36,245 nucleotides of DNA from Oscillospiraceae bacterium (GTDB lineage Bacteria > Bacillota > Clostridia > Oscillospirales > Ruminococcaceae), in contig JAZQBJ010000228.1 in the NCBI GenBank assembly GCA_045545715.1, positions 1 to 36,245 on the forward strand. Reading direction: 5' to 3'. The notes beneath the pieces were generated by a model. It was not told where the DNA came from, did no database searches, and saw only the letters and a program-made list of their open reading frames with translations. Position 1 is the stretch's first letter; each line of letters starts with the position of its first letter. This document shows positions 24,642-33,306 of the stretch, in pieces. The translations under genes and the position numbers were made by a program.

Positions 24642-26516
24642 TCAGACAAGTTCAAAAATAGCTGCGGAAAGGGGCGCCATATCGGTGCTGATAACAACTC
24701 TTCCTTCGTCAATATAAGATTCGCGGATTCCGTTTTCATAATTTCCGCTTCCGCCGTAGCATTTTTCATCGGTGGAAAGAATTTCCTTCCAATAGGTTCT
24801 GTGTCCAACTTCAACACGGAAGTTGCGGTATTCGTTGGGGCAGAAGTTGAAAACAAAGAGAAGCGCTCTTCCGTCTTTTGCATAGCGGCGGAAAGCAAGA
24901 ACGTTTCTGTCCGCTTCGTCGCAGCTTGACCATTGGAAACCTTCCCAGTTTTCGTCGTTTTCCCAACAGGCGGGATATGTTTTATAGATCCTGTTGAGTT
25001 CCTTTGAAAGAGCCTGGAGATTTCTGTGGCTGTCATATTCGAGAAGGAACCAATCCAGTTCTCTCTTTTCGTCCCATTCGATGAAATGGCCGAATTCCTG
25101 GCCCATGAAAAGAAGTTTCTTTCCGGGGAATCCGATCATGTATGCGAGCAGAGCCCGGAGTCCCGCGAATTTCTGGTCATATTCGCCGGGCATTTTATTG
25201 ATAAGGGAGCATTTTCCGTGAACAACTTCATCATGGGAGAAAGGAAGGATGAAATTTTCGGAGAATGCGTACATCATTCCGAAGGTGAGTTTGTTATGGT
25301 GGTGCTGGCGATAGATAGGATCAAGGGACATATAGGAAAGGGTATCGTTCATCCAGCCCATGTTCCATTTGAAATTGAATCCGAGACCGCCGTCTGCCGC
25401 CGGGCGGGAAACCATCGGGAAGGAGGTGGATTCTTCCGCAACCATCATAACGCCGGGGTATTCTCTGTTAACAGCGGTGTTGATATCACGGAGCATTCCG
25501 ATGGCCTCGAGGTTTTCTCTTCCGCCGAACTGGTTGCGTTCCCATTCGTTATCGTTCTTTCCGTAGTCGCGGTAAAGCATGGAGGAAACGGCATCGACGC
25601 GGATTCCGTCGATGTGGTATTTTTCAATCCAGTACATTGCGGAGGAAGCGAGGAAGCATCTTACTTCGTTTCTTCCGAAATCGAAAACTTTGGTTCCCCA
25701 GTCTTCGCGTTCGCCCATCTGGGGGTTTTTATATTCATAACAGGGTTCGCCGTCGAAATTCATAAGACCTATGGAGTCCTTCGGGAAATGCGCCGGGACC
25801 CAGTCCATGATAACGCCGATTCCGTTTTTATGGAGGGTATCCACAAAATACATGAAATCTTCCGGGGTTCCGTAACGGCTTGTGGGTGCAAAATATCCGA
25901 GGCACTGGTAACCCCAGGAACCGTCGAAGGGGTGTTCTGTAACGGGAAGAAGCTCGATGTGGGTATAGTTCATTTCCTTGGCATAGGCCGCAAGTTCATC
26001 GGCGGATTTTCTGTAATCGAAGAAGTTTCCGTCGTGATATTTCCTCCAGGAGCCGATATGTACTTCATAGATGTTTACCGGGCTGTGGTACATATCCCAT
26101 TTTTTTCGGTTTTCGAGCCATTTTTTATCTCCCCATTTATATTTCGGGGAACAGACCATTGAAGCTGTGTTCGGTCTTGTTTCGCAATGGAAGGCATAGG
26201 GGTCGGCTTTTTCGATGATTTCGCCCCAGGAAGTTTCAATTGCGAATTTATATCTGGTATAATCTTCGAGGTTATCAACGCGGCATTCCCAAACTCCGTC
26301 GCTTATTTTATGCATCGGGTCTGCGCCGAAAGACCAGTAGTTCCAGTCGCCGACCACGGAAACGGATTTTGCATTTGGTGCCCAGGTTCTGAACATAACG
26401 CCTTTTTTTCTGCTTCCTCTTATCCTATGTGCGCCAAGAAATTCGTATGCGCGATAGTTTGTTCCCTGGTGGAAAAGATATACAGGAAGTTCAAGCGGAT
26501 TTTGTTTTTTTGTCAT
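24642..26516 (-). CDS. glgB: 1,4-alpha-glucan branching enzyme
   Basis: 624 aa with GH13 motifs: DWVPAHF, GIRVDAV and [10 protein letters not shown]. Confidence 0.95.
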   Translation of the reverse strand: MTKKQNPLELPVYLFHQGTNYRAYEFLGAHRIRGSRKKGVMFRTWAPNAKSVSVVGDWNYWSFGADPMHKISDGVWECRVDNLEDYTRYKFAIETSWGEIIEKADPYAFHCETRPNTASMVCSPKYKWGDKKWLENRKKWDMYHSPVNIYEVHIGSWRKYHDGNFFDYRKSADELAAYAKEMNYTHIELLPVTEHPFDGSWGYQCLGYFAPTSRYGTPEDFMYFVDTLHKNGIGVIMDWVPAHFPKDSIGLMNFDGEPCYEYKNPQMGEREDWGTKVFDFGRNEVRCFLASSAMYWIEKYHIDGIRVDAVSSMLYRDYGKNDNEWERNQFGGRENLEAIGMLRDINTAVNREYPGVMMVAEESTSFPMVSRPAADGGLGFNFKWNMGWMNDTLSYMSLDPIYRQHHHNKLTFGMMYAFSENFILPFSHDEVVHGKCSLINKMPGEYDQKFAGLRALLAYMIGFPGKKLLFMGQEFGHFIEWDEKRELDWFLLEYDSHRNLQALSKELNRIYKTYPACWENDENWEGFQWSSCDEADRNVLAFRRYAKDGRALLFVFNFCPNEYRNFRVEVGHRTYWKEILSTDEKCYGGSGNYENGIRESYIDEGRVVISTDMAPLSAAIFELV

Positions 26517-26772
26517 AGGTTTCTCCTTTCAAATCGGCCTTCCACAAAAAGGAAGGTGCCCGCAAGGCAGGCGGAAGGGTTTTTGACTGTAATTATATAT
26601 ATAATATTGTAACATCTTTAGCATACCTTTTTCAATGCCGAATGTGTAGAAATAATTACAACATTTTATATTAAAATGACGAAAGCTCCTAATTTTTTTA
26701 CAAAACTGTCTTTAAATAAAACACATCCTGTGATATACTGTTTTTATATTCCACCACAGGAGGTTTTTTACT

Positions 26773-27861
26773 TTGTACAGCGGAACTAATGTTGACAAAT
26801 ACAGCTTCAGAAACGATTATTCCGAAGCGGCACATCCCCAGATCATCGAATCCCTTTTAAAACTTGCTTATGAAACAAACACCCCTTACGGAATGGACCG
26901 CCATTCCGAAGCGGCTGCCAATATCATCCGCGAGCTTTGCGGAAAACCGGACGCGGAAGTTGCCTTTACTTCCGGCGGAACCGCCACCAACGTTCTTGCT
27001 ATTTCCGCATTTCTCCGCAACACCTATGAGGCTGTTATCTGCGCGGACACCGGACACATAAACGTTCACGAAACCGGTTCCATTGAATATGCCGGAAGAA
27101 AAGCAATAACCATTCCGGTAGGAGTTGACGGAAAACTTACCCCCGAACTTATCGACCCCGTTTTCAAGGGCTTTGAAAGCGAGCACATGGTCGTTCCGAA
27201 GCTTGTTTATATCTCCCAGTCCACCGAGCTCGGCACCATTTACAGCAAAGCAGAACTCACCGCTCTTTCCGAATACTGCCATTCCAACGGAATGTGGCTT
27301 TTTGTTGACGGCGCAAGACTTGGCAGCGCTCTTATGGCAAAATGCAACGACGTTACCCTTAAAGACATCGGCGAACTTTGCGACGGTTTTTATCTTGGCG
27401 GAACCAAAAACGGTCTCCTCTTCGGCGAAGCCCTTGTTCTTACCGATCCCAAAGTTTACGACCATCTTCGCTGGCTTATCAAACAGCGCGGATATATGCT
27501 TGCAAAAGGTTTTGTCGTAGGCGCAATGTTTGAGGAAGCTCTTGGCAGCGGACTTTATTTTGAAATGGCAAAATATGAAAACGAAGCCGCCGAAAGAATT
27601 GTTGAAGCCATCAAACAGGCGGGATTTGATCTTTACTGCGAATTCCAGACCAACCAGATCTTTGTTCTTCTTCCGGAGGAACTTGGTCAGGAACTTTCCG
27701 ATACTTACGGCTGCTTTATTCAGGCAAAACTTCCGGACGGAAGATGGGCTGTGCGCATTGTAACTTCCTGCGGAAGCACCGACGCCGCCATTGCGGATAT
27801 TTCCGAATGGTTCATCAAAAAAGTTTGCGCCGGAATTGTCAAAAACTATATCGGTAAATAA
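26773..27861 (+). CDS. threonine aldolase / beta-eliminating lyase family PLP enzyme
   Basis: FRNDYSEAAHPQIIESL..., FTSGGTATNV..., GGTKNG (PLP lysine). The TTG start is 9 nt after AGGAGG. Confidence 0.75.
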   Translation: MYSGTNVDKYSFRNDYSEAAHPQIIESLLKLAYETNTPYGMDRHSEAAANIIRELCGKPDAEVAFTSGGTATNVLAISAFLRNTYEAVICADTGHINVHETGSIEYAGRKAITIPVGVDGKLTPELIDPVFKGFESEHMVVPKLVYISQSTELGTIYSKAELTALSEYCHSNGMWLFVDGARLGSALMAKCNDVTLKDIGELCDGFYLGGTKNGLLFGEALVLTDPKVYDHLRWLIKQRGYMLAKGFVVGAMFEEALGSGLYFEMAKYENEAAERIVEAIKQAGFDLYCEFQTNQIFVLLPEELGQELSDTYGCFIQAKLPDGRWAVRIVTSCGSTDAAIADISEWFIKKVCAGIVKNYIGK

Positions 27862-27947
27862 TTTTTAAGCTTTTATTAATTTTTGCGCTTGTTTCTTGAA
27901 GAAATAAAAAAAGAATGTTAACATGAAGAAAAAAGGAGGTTTTACAT

Positions 27948-28379
27948 ATGTTCTGTCCAAAATGCGGAACCCAGGTTCCCGAAAATGACCATTACTGCCC
28001 CACCTGCGGAGAACCTGTTGGTATGACCAACATTCCCGACGAAAGCGACCACACCGCAATGTTTGAAGAAGAGGATATCAGAAGAACCAACATTCTTTCG
28101 GCTCTTTGCTATCTCAGCTTTCTCTTTGTGATCCTTGGACTTCTTATCGAACCCGGTTCCAAGTTCCTTCGCTATCACATCAACCAGAGCATTATCCTTT
28201 ACATCTTCGGGATCCTCTGCGGTCTTGTTGCAATAGTTCCTTTCCTCGGCTGGATCGCCGCAGTGATCGGTTCCGTTGCCTGCGTTGTTTTCATGATTAT
28301 GGGAATCGTCCGTGCCTTTAAAGGTCAGGCAAAAGACCTTCCTGTCATCGGAAAATATATGATCGTTCATTACGACTGA
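27948..28379 (+). CDS. zinc-ribbon plus DUF4870-like membrane protein
   Basis: MFCPKCGTQVPENDHYCPTCGEP, followed by NILSALCYLSFLFVILGLLIEPGSKFLRYHINQSIILYIFG. Confidence 0.65.
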   Translation: MFCPKCGTQVPENDHYCPTCGEPVGMTNIPDESDHTAMFEEEDIRRTNILSALCYLSFLFVILGLLIEPGSKFLRYHINQSIILYIFGILCGLVAIVPFLGWIAAVIGSVACVVFMIMGIVRAFKGQAKDLPVIGKYMIVHYD

Positions 28380-28398
28380 TACATCCGCAAAAAAATCA

Positions 28399-28434
28399 AA
28401 GCCGGACTGCAATTTTGCAGCCCGGCCTTTTTAT
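28399..28434. terminator. bidirectional rho-independent terminator
   Basis: GCCGGACTGCAA-tt-TTGCAGCCCGGC (one mismatch) with an A-run and a T-run on the flanks. It overlaps the stop codon of the convergent minus-strand ORF. Confidence 0.75.
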
Positions 28435-28802
28435 TCTTCATTTTTCGGTTCGCGGATTCCCTTTTCGGATTCCAACAATTTTTCCGCCGCATCGGTCAGT
28501 TCATCCGGCCAGACTTTTCCGCTTTTTATAACGTCTGCCCAGGGACAAAGCTTTTCATAATCATCATCGAAAACAATCGTATAAGGAGGTCCGCAGCGGT
28601 CATTCACAGACATATACATATGTCTTCCTTCGTGCATAATGCTGCCTGCTTCGCTTTCCCGCATTTTTTTATCGAGCTTTTCAAATATTTCCTTTGTTAT
28701 CTCGAAAAGATGATAGTCCTGTATTCCTCCGTATTCGCCGAAATATCTTCCGCTATCGCTGTCGAAACAGGCCTTCCAGCCCGAACCTTTTTTGAAAAGC
28801 AT
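28431..28802 (-). CDS. hypothetical cytoplasmic protein
   Basis: 123-aa ORF with ordinary composition. The start ATG is preceded by GGAGGATGAAC. I recognise no family. Confidence 0.55.
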   Translation of the reverse strand: MLFKKGSGWKACFDSDSGRYFGEYGGIQDYHLFEITKEIFEKLDKKMRESEAGSIMHEGRHMYMSVNDRCGPPYTIVFDDDYEKLCPWADVIKSGKVWPDELTDAAEKLLESEKGIREPKNEE

Positions 28803-28950
28803 TGTTCATCCTCCGGGTGATTCAAGTTTGTTTAACCATCTATATGTTATCACAACCCGGCCGGATATACAAGAACAGACAAAACAACGGTCAGTAAGGT
28901 ATGTTTAAATATTGTGTGGCGGATATATCCGCCTATTTTTTTGCCTTTTT

Positions 28951-29046
28951 GGATGAGGGATTTTTATTGCGGCGGGAGTTGATGTTGGTTTCCACCCTTC
29001 TGTCTTTCGCCTTCGGCGAAATCCACCTCCCCTGATAGGGTAGGCT
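28951..29046 (+). repeat. ORF-less relic of a type-1 DUF559 cassette (inner left box plus right-arm-like end)
   Basis: GGATGAGGGAT (28951-28961) is identical to 7168-7178. About 45 nt later comes CGCCTTCGGCG and then CCACCTCCCCTGATAGGGTAGGCT, which parallels the right arm CCACCTTCCCCTCCGGGAAGGCT. Confidence 0.55.
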
Positions 29047-29052
29047 TTTTTC

Positions 29053-29129
29053 GGGCGAACACATAGGTTCGCCCCTACGGAGACGGAATTAATATCGGTG
29101 TGTTATGGTAGGGGCGGATATTATCCGCC
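29053..29129. repeat. REP/REPIN-like inverted pair of GTAG-headed hairpins
   Basis: GGGCGAACACATAGGTTCGCCCCTAC (29053-29078, reverse orientation) and GTAGGGGCGGATATTATCCGCC (29108-29129). A related hairpin, GGCGGATATATCCGCC, is at 28918-28933. Confidence 0.65.
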
Positions 29130-29151
29130 TGTTATTCGTGGAACAGGGTCG

Positions 29152-29215
29152 ACAATTCCTCAGTCAGCTTCGCTGCCAGCTCCCTTTACACAAGGGAGCC
29201 TGCCCTCCGGGAAAG
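29152..29215 (+). repeat. solo relic resembling the right arm of the type-2 DUF559 cassette
   Basis: AATTCCTCAGTCAGCTTCGCTGCCAGCTCCCTTTACACAAGGGAGCC compares with GAATCCCTCCGTCAGCCTTCGGCTGACACCTCCCTTTAGGCAAGGGAGGC at 33231-33280. Confidence 0.55.
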
Positions 29216-29288
29216 AATTTTTTAAAATTTCCTTATGATATTATAAAAAATATTTGATATCTATATTAAAGGGTGGTAAAATATAAAC

Positions 29289-29297
29289 TGGTATAAT
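29289..29297 (+). promoter_or_regulatory. extended -10 element (TGgTATAAT) upstream of lepA
   Basis: TGGTATAAT lies about 25 nt upstream of the lepA SD AGGAGG. No good -35 element is present. Confidence 0.4.
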
Positions 29298-29322
29298 TTG
29301 CACAGGAGGTGCTTTTTTAACA

Positions 29323-31128
29323 ATGCCGAATGAGAACATAAGAAACTTTTGTATAATCGCACATATCGACCACGGCAAATCCACCCTTGCCGACAGAATC
29401 CTTGAAAACACCGAAGCCGTCACTCCCCGCGAAATGGAAGAACAGCTTCTGGATAATATGGACATTGAACGTGAACGCGGAATCACCATAAAATCCCGCG
29501 CTGTCCGTCTTGATTATAAAGCCGACGACGGAAACAACTATGTCTTCAACCTTATCGATACCCCCGGACACGTTGACTTCAACTATGAAGTTTCCCGTTC
29601 TCTTGCCGCCTGCGAGGGAGCTGTTCTTATTGTTGACGCTTCCCAGGGAGTTGAGGCACAGACTCTTGCAAACACATATCTTGCGGTTGACCACAACCTT
29701 GAAATCGTTCCGGTAATCAACAAAATCGACCTTCCCGCGGCAGACCCGGACAGAGTTGCCCATGAGATCGAGGATATCATCGGAATTCCCGCTCTTGATG
29801 CGCCGCAGATTTCCGCAAAGACCGGCGTTAACATACATTCCGTTCTTGAAGCGATCGTCGAGGGAATTCCCGCTCCGGAAGGAAACGACGAAGCTCCGCT
29901 CAAGGCGCTTATCTTCGACTCCATTTATGACAGCTACCGCGGAGTAATCGTTTACGTCCGCGTTGTTGACGGCGAACTCCATTCCGGCGACAGAATCAGA
30001 ATGATGGCGACCGGCGCGGAATTTGACGTTGTTGAAGTCGGTTATATGGGCGCAACAAGGCTTGTTCCCAGCGGAGTTCTCAAGGCCGGCGAAGTCGGCT
30101 ACATCACCGCTTCCATCAAAACCGTTGCGGATACCGCAGTCGGCGACACCGTTACCCTTGCGGAAAATCCCACCGACGAACCTCTTGCAGGTTACAAAAA
30201 GGTCAATCCGATGGTTTATGCGGGTATTTATCCCCTCGACGGCGCAAAATACGGCGACCTTCGCGAAGCTCTTGAAAAACTTATCCTCAACGACGCTTCT
30301 CTCAGCTTTGAGCCGGAAACTTCCGCCGCTCTCGGTTTCGGTTTCCGCTGCGGATTCCTCGGACTTCTTCATATGGAAGTTATCCTCGAGCGTCTTGAAA
30401 GAGAATATAACCTCGACCTCATAACCACCGCGCCCAGCGTTGTTTATAAACTTCACCTCACCGACGGACGCACCCTTGAACTTGACAACCCGACCAACTA
30501 TCCCGACCCGGCTATTATTGATTCCACCGAAGAACCCTACGTCCGGGCTTCCATCTTTACTCCCACCCAATATATCGGAAGCATTATGGAGCTTTGTCAG
30601 GAACGCCGCGGAATTTATAAAGATACCAAATATCTTGAGGCAGACCGCTGTGAAGTTCACTATGAACTCCCCCTCGGCGAAATTATCTATGACTTTTTCG
30701 ATGCTCTCAAGAGCCGAACCAGAGGTTACGCCTCCTTCGACTATGAACCCTGCGGATATAAAGCCAGCAAGCTTGTTAAACTCGACATTCTTCTCAACGG
30801 AGAAATGGTCGACGCCCTTTCCATGATGGTTTTCGCAGATAACGCCTATCCCAGAGCGAGAAGAATGGTCGAAAGACTCCGCGACAACATCAGCCGCCAG
30901 CTTTTCGAAGTTCCGGTCCAGGCGGCCATCGGCGGAAAGATCATCGCCCGCGAAACCATAAAAGCCCTCCGCAAGGACGTTCTTGCAAAATGTTACGGCG
31001 GCGATATTTCCCGAAAGAAAAAACTTCTTGAAAAACAGAAGGAAGGTAAAAAGAAAATGCGCCGCATTGGTTCCGTCGAGCTTCCGAAGGAAGCATTCAT
31101 GGCGGTGCTCAAGCTGGACGATGACTAA
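29323..31128 (+). CDS. lepA: translation elongation factor 4
   Basis: 601 aa. [36 protein letters not shown], and the LepA C-terminal domain. Confidence 0.97.
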   Translation: MPNENIRNFCIIAHIDHGKSTLADRILENTEAVTPREMEEQLLDNMDIERERGITIKSRAVRLDYKADDGNNYVFNLIDTPGHVDFNYEVSRSLAACEGAVLIVDASQGVEAQTLANTYLAVDHNLEIVPVINKIDLPAADPDRVAHEIEDIIGIPALDAPQISAKTGVNIHSVLEAIVEGIPAPEGNDEAPLKALIFDSIYDSYRGVIVYVRVVDGELHSGDRIRMMATGAEFDVVEVGYMGATRLVPSGVLKAGEVGYITASIKTVADTAVGDTVTLAENPTDEPLAGYKKVNPMVYAGIYPLDGAKYGDLREALEKLILNDASLSFEPETSAALGFGFRCGFLGLLHMEVILERLEREYNLDLITTAPSVVYKLHLTDGRTLELDNPTNYPDPAIIDSTEEPYVRASIFTPTQYIGSIMELCQERRGIYKDTKYLEADRCEVHYELPLGEIIYDFFDALKSRTRGYASFDYEPCGYKASKLVKLDILLNGEMVDALSMMVFADNAYPRARRMVERLRDNISRQLFEVPVQAAIGGKIIARETIKALRKDVLAKCYGGDISRKKKLLEKQKEGKKKMRRIGSVELPKEAFMAVLKLDDD

Positions 31129-31600
31129 GCCTTCCCAGAGGGGAAGGTGGCACAGCCGGCGGCTGTGACGAAAGAGGGATAACAATGCCAAGGATTTATA
31201 AAGCAAATGAAGATCTGCGCAATAATTCCCATGAACTCCGAAAGAATATGACGCCGCAGGAAAAGCATTTGTGGTATGATTTTCTGAATTCATACGAAAT
31301 TTCCTTCAGACGTCAAGTTGTTATTAGAAATTACATCGTTGATTTCTATTGCAGAAAGGCAAAACTTGCCGTTGAAATTGACGGTACCCAACATTACACT
31401 TCCGAATCAATACAATACGATAAAGAACGTACGGAATATCTTGAAAGTTGCGGAATAATGGTTCTTCGTTTTTTAAACAAAGACATTGACCGTAATTTTG
31501 AAAATTCCTGCGCTTATATTGACCTAAATGTGAAACAAAGGCTTGGGTAAAATCCCTCTTCCGCCTCGTTTCACTCGGCACCTTCCCCTCTGGGAAGGCT
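31128..31600 (+). mobile_element. TIR-bounded DUF559 cassette, type 1, copy 2
   Basis: The left arm (31128-31180) is AGCCTTCCCAGAGGGGAAGGTGGCACAGCCGGCGGCTGTGACGAAAGAGGGAT. The right arm (31552-31600) is ATCCCTCTTCCGCC...GGCACCTTCCCCTCTGGGAAGGCT. The first base of the left arm is the last A of the lepA TAA. Confidence 0.6.
31185..31550 (+). CDS. DUF559 domain protein (Vsr-like / PD-(D/E)xK fold)
   Basis: 121 aa. LRKNMTPQEKHLWYDFLNSYEISFRRQVVIRNYIVDFYCRKAKLAVEIDGTQHY...VLRFLNKDI. It is collinear with 7183-7548. Confidence 0.85.
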   Translation: MPRIYKANEDLRNNSHELRKNMTPQEKHLWYDFLNSYEISFRRQVVIRNYIVDFYCRKAKLAVEIDGTQHYTSESIQYDKERTEYLESCGIMVLRFLNKDIDRNFENSCAYIDLNVKQRLG

Positions 31601-31710
31601 TATTATAAAATAAATTTTCTTTTTATTAATTAAAAAGAAGGTTTTTTGCAAAATTCGGTGTATATAGTATATGTAAGACAAAATTTTTTCAAAAAAGGAG
31701 GCGGCAGAAG

Positions 31711-32709
31711 ATGAATATCCGCGAAATTACAGAAAAACTTGAGCGCGAAACCCTTTCGCCAATGGCGACCCTTTCCGCAGAAACAAAAGGCAGACTTTTT
31801 CCTCTTGAATCCGACGGGATAAGAACCGATTTTCAGCGGGACAGGGACAGAATCATCCACTGCAAGGCTTTTCGCCGCCTTATGCATAAAACCCAGGTTT
31901 TCCTCAGCCCGGAAGGCGACCATTACCGCACCCGTCTCACCCATACTCTTGAAGTTGCACAGATTGCAAGAACAATGGCGGTTGCCCTCCGCCTTAACGA
32001 AAACCTGACCGAGGCGATAGCCCTCGGGCACGACCTTGGGCACACCCCTTTCGGTCACGCAGGCGAAAGAGCTCTTAACGAAGTTGCTCCCGGCGGTTTC
32101 CGCCATTATGAACAGAGCCTTCGCGTTGTTGATATCCTTGAAAGGGACGGAAACGGTCTTAACCTTACTTATGAAGTAAGGGACGGAATCGTTTGTCACA
32201 CCAAAGGAAAAGAAGCGGACACCCCGGAAGGAAAACTTGTTAAGCTGGCGGACCATTTTGCCTATGCTCACCACGATTATGAGGACGCAGTCCGCGCAGG
32301 AGTTCTTACCGAAGAAGCCGTCCCGGCAGAAGTTAGGGAAATCCTCGGAAACGGCGCAACACCGCGCCTTGCAAAAATGATAACCTCCGTTATCGAAAAT
32401 TCCGACGGCGACATAAAAATGGCTCCGGAAGTTGCCGCAGCAAGCAAGCTTCTTGAAGAATTCATGTTCTCCGCGGTTTACACAAACCCGGTTGCAAAAT
32501 CCCAGGAGCACAAGGCGGAAGCTCTTGTTAAAGCGCTTTATGAATTCTTCCTTGAAAACGCAAACGCCCTTCCCTCTGAATATCAGGCGATCGCAATGCG
32601 CGACGGGCTCGACAGAGCGGTTTGCGATTACATCAGCGGAATGAGCGACCGCTACGCCATTAAACTCTATAACGATTTCTTTGTTCCCAAAGGCTGGAGC
32701 AGGGAATAA
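31711..32709 (+). CDS. dgt: dGTP triphosphohydrolase-like HD-domain protein
   Basis: 332 aa. FQRDRDRIIHCKAFRRLMHKTQVF, RLTHTLEVAQIARTMA, GHDLGHTPFGHAGE. It lies upstream of dnaG, as in many Firmicutes. Confidence 0.9.
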   Translation: MNIREITEKLERETLSPMATLSAETKGRLFPLESDGIRTDFQRDRDRIIHCKAFRRLMHKTQVFLSPEGDHYRTRLTHTLEVAQIARTMAVALRLNENLTEAIALGHDLGHTPFGHAGERALNEVAPGGFRHYEQSLRVVDILERDGNGLNLTYEVRDGIVCHTKGKEADTPEGKLVKLADHFAYAHHDYEDAVRAGVLTEEAVPAEVREILGNGATPRLAKMITSVIENSDGDIKMAPEVAAASKLLEEFMFSAVYTNPVAKSQEHKAEALVKALYEFFLENANALPSEYQAIAMRDGLDRAVCDYISGMSDRYAIKLYNDFFVPKGWSRE

Positions 32710-32716
32710 AAGGAAG

Positions 32717-32845
32717 CCTCCCTTGCCTAAAGAGCAAAGCTTGCGAAGCGCGCCCAGTGGGCGAAACAGCGAGCAAGGTTTGGCGCCGCGGTCAAAATAT
32801 TCAAGATGTTATGCCGCAGAATATTTTGGGCACCGCAAGAGTTGG
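32717..32845 (+). repeat. second copy of the ~125-130 nt structured repeat (see 4206-4331)
   Basis: The alignment to 4206-4331 is described there. Stem: 32793-32802 with 32819-32828. Hairpin: CGCCC-agt-GGGCG at 32751-32763. Confidence 0.8.
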
Positions 32846-32885
32846 GTGGCATTTCCGTAAGGAAATGACGGAGGGATTCTTTTTT

Positions 32886-33269
32886 ATGGAAAGGAAACAT
32901 AATCCAAAGCTTACGGAAAATGCAAAAGAACTTCGGAAAAATATGACCAAAGAAGAAAAACATCTTTGGTACGATTTTTTGAAAGGATATCCCGTCCGTT
33001 TTCTTCGCCAGAAAATAATCGATGATTACATTGCCGATTTTTATTGCCACAGAGCAAGGCTTGTAATTGAACTTGACGGAAGTCAGCATTATACAAAGGA
33101 CGGACTTTTGAAAGACAAAATCCGGACAGAAAGAATTGAAAAACGTAATTTGACCGTTTTTAGAATTCCGAACGGTGAAATAAATCATAATTTCGAGGGA
33201 ATCTGCAGATTCATTGATGAATTTGTGCAGGAATCCCTCCGTCAGCCTTCGGCTGACACCTCCCTTTAG
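32886..33269 (+). CDS. DUF559 domain protein, type 2
   Basis: 127 aa from ATG 32886 (SD GGAGGG, 9-nt spacing). LRKNMTKEEKHLWYDFLKGYPVRFLRQKIIDDYIADFYCHRARLVIELDGSQHY...VFRIPNGEI. The track ORF start at 32757 runs through the arm and repeat. Confidence 0.85.
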   Translation: MERKHNPKLTENAKELRKNMTKEEKHLWYDFLKGYPVRFLRQKIIDDYIADFYCHRARLVIELDGSQHYTKDGLLKDKIRTERIEKRNLTVFRIPNGEINHNFEGICRFIDEFVQESLRQPSADTSL

Positions 33270-33306
33270 GCAAGGGAGGCTTATATCCCGGAAAGGAGGA
33301 GGACCC

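Larger units (their letters stand above)
32715..33281 (+). mobile_element. TIR-bounded DUF559 cassette, type 2, copy 1, with a ~113-nt nested insertion in the left arm
   Basis: The outer left arm AGCCTCCCTTGCCTAAAG (32715-32732) is separated from the inner part GGTGGCATTTCCGTAAGGAAATGACGGAGGGATTC (32845-32879) by a repeat related to 4206-4331. The right arm is 33231-33281. Confidence 0.6.

Noticed and set aside
20828-26162. Plus-strand ORFs of 405, 347, 239 and 378 aa (20828-22045, 22292-23335, 23740-24459, 25026-26162)
   Set aside because: All are antisense to glgA, glgD, glgC and glgB, which have unmistakable signatures. They are shadow ORFs.
29317-31293. 658-aa ORF on the minus strand
   Set aside because: It is antisense to lepA and to the left part of the DUF559 cassette. 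It has shadow-ORF composition and no start-codon context.
32757-32885. Upstream extensions of the type-2 DUF559 ORFs (32757-32885, and likewise 35074-35127)
   Set aside because: The extensions read through the repeat arm and hairpins. ATG 32886 and ATG 35128 follow the conserved SD box and align with the N-termini of the other copies.
33214-33306. Upstream extension of the dnaG ORF
   Set aside because: It lies within the cassette right arm and the DUF559 3' end. ATG 33307 has a GGAGGAGG SD and starts the conserved primase N-terminus.
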